DNA from: Orbicella franksi
Taxonomy: Eukaryota
Length of the DNA: 64,000 nucleotides
NCBI GenBank assembly: GCA_964199315.1
Contig: OZ116706.1
Location: forward strand, 27,838,001-27,902,000
Direction of reading: 5' to 3'
The notes beneath the pieces are model-generated. The model was not told the origin of the DNA and did no database searches. It saw nothing but the letters and a program-made list of their open reading frames with translations. The translations under genes were made by a program, and so were the position numbers. Position 1 is the stretch's first letter. Each line of letters begins with the position of its first letter. Positions 63,798 through 64,000 of this stretch are shown one piece after another.

Positions 63798-64000
63798 CAA
63801 TTACTAGTTGATTCGTCAGCGAGGGGTTGTTGGTGACAAACTCTAAGCCCGTCTCATTATTCAAGACAGCTTTAATGCACCGCACACATTCAAGTTGTAG
63901 AAATGCATCGGAAAACCTCGCCACGCTTCGCTCGCTCAGCTTTTGGAGAACTTCAAACAACGTTGAAAGTCCCCCAAGCTCCAAGAACTCCGCCAGCCAT
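63798..64000 (-). CDS. INF2: Formin variable first coding exon F (5' part beyond the window end): ...WLAEFLELGGLSTLFEVL...LVI
   Basis: Stop-free to the window edge; 53/67 aa identical to exon E; donor ATTG|GTAGGT, phase 1. Confidence 0.9.

Overview
AT-rich, intron-rich animal genomic DNA, most likely an anthozoan/stony coral (inferred from gene style and repeat families). Genes reconstructed by hand from ORFs and GT-AG splice sites: a single-exon FAM181-family gene (+, 2460-3473); a 6-exon RFXAP-like gene (-, 10823-19165) carrying a Penelope-like retroelement fragment in an intron; a 2-exon TLC-domain membrane protein (+, 22625-26594); a 590-620 aa charged low-complexity ORF (-, 30412-32204); and an inverted formin (INF2/FHDC1 family, -). 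The main observation is the formin architecture. One set of 15 constant coding exons (35457-46028) is preceded by a tandem array of at least six paralogous first coding exons (about 47.9, 52.0, 55.6, 57.8, 60.4 and 63.8 kb; the array runs off the window). Each encodes a diverged N-terminal extension plus the first part of the DID and ends in a phase-1 GT donor in frame with the single constant exon at 46028. This is a variable-exon/constant-exon layout like clustered protocadherins or UGT1, but in an actin nucleator. One variable exon is frameshifted and two are recent duplicates. All splice models are predictions without transcript evidence, and family assignments come from recalled motifs, not database searches.
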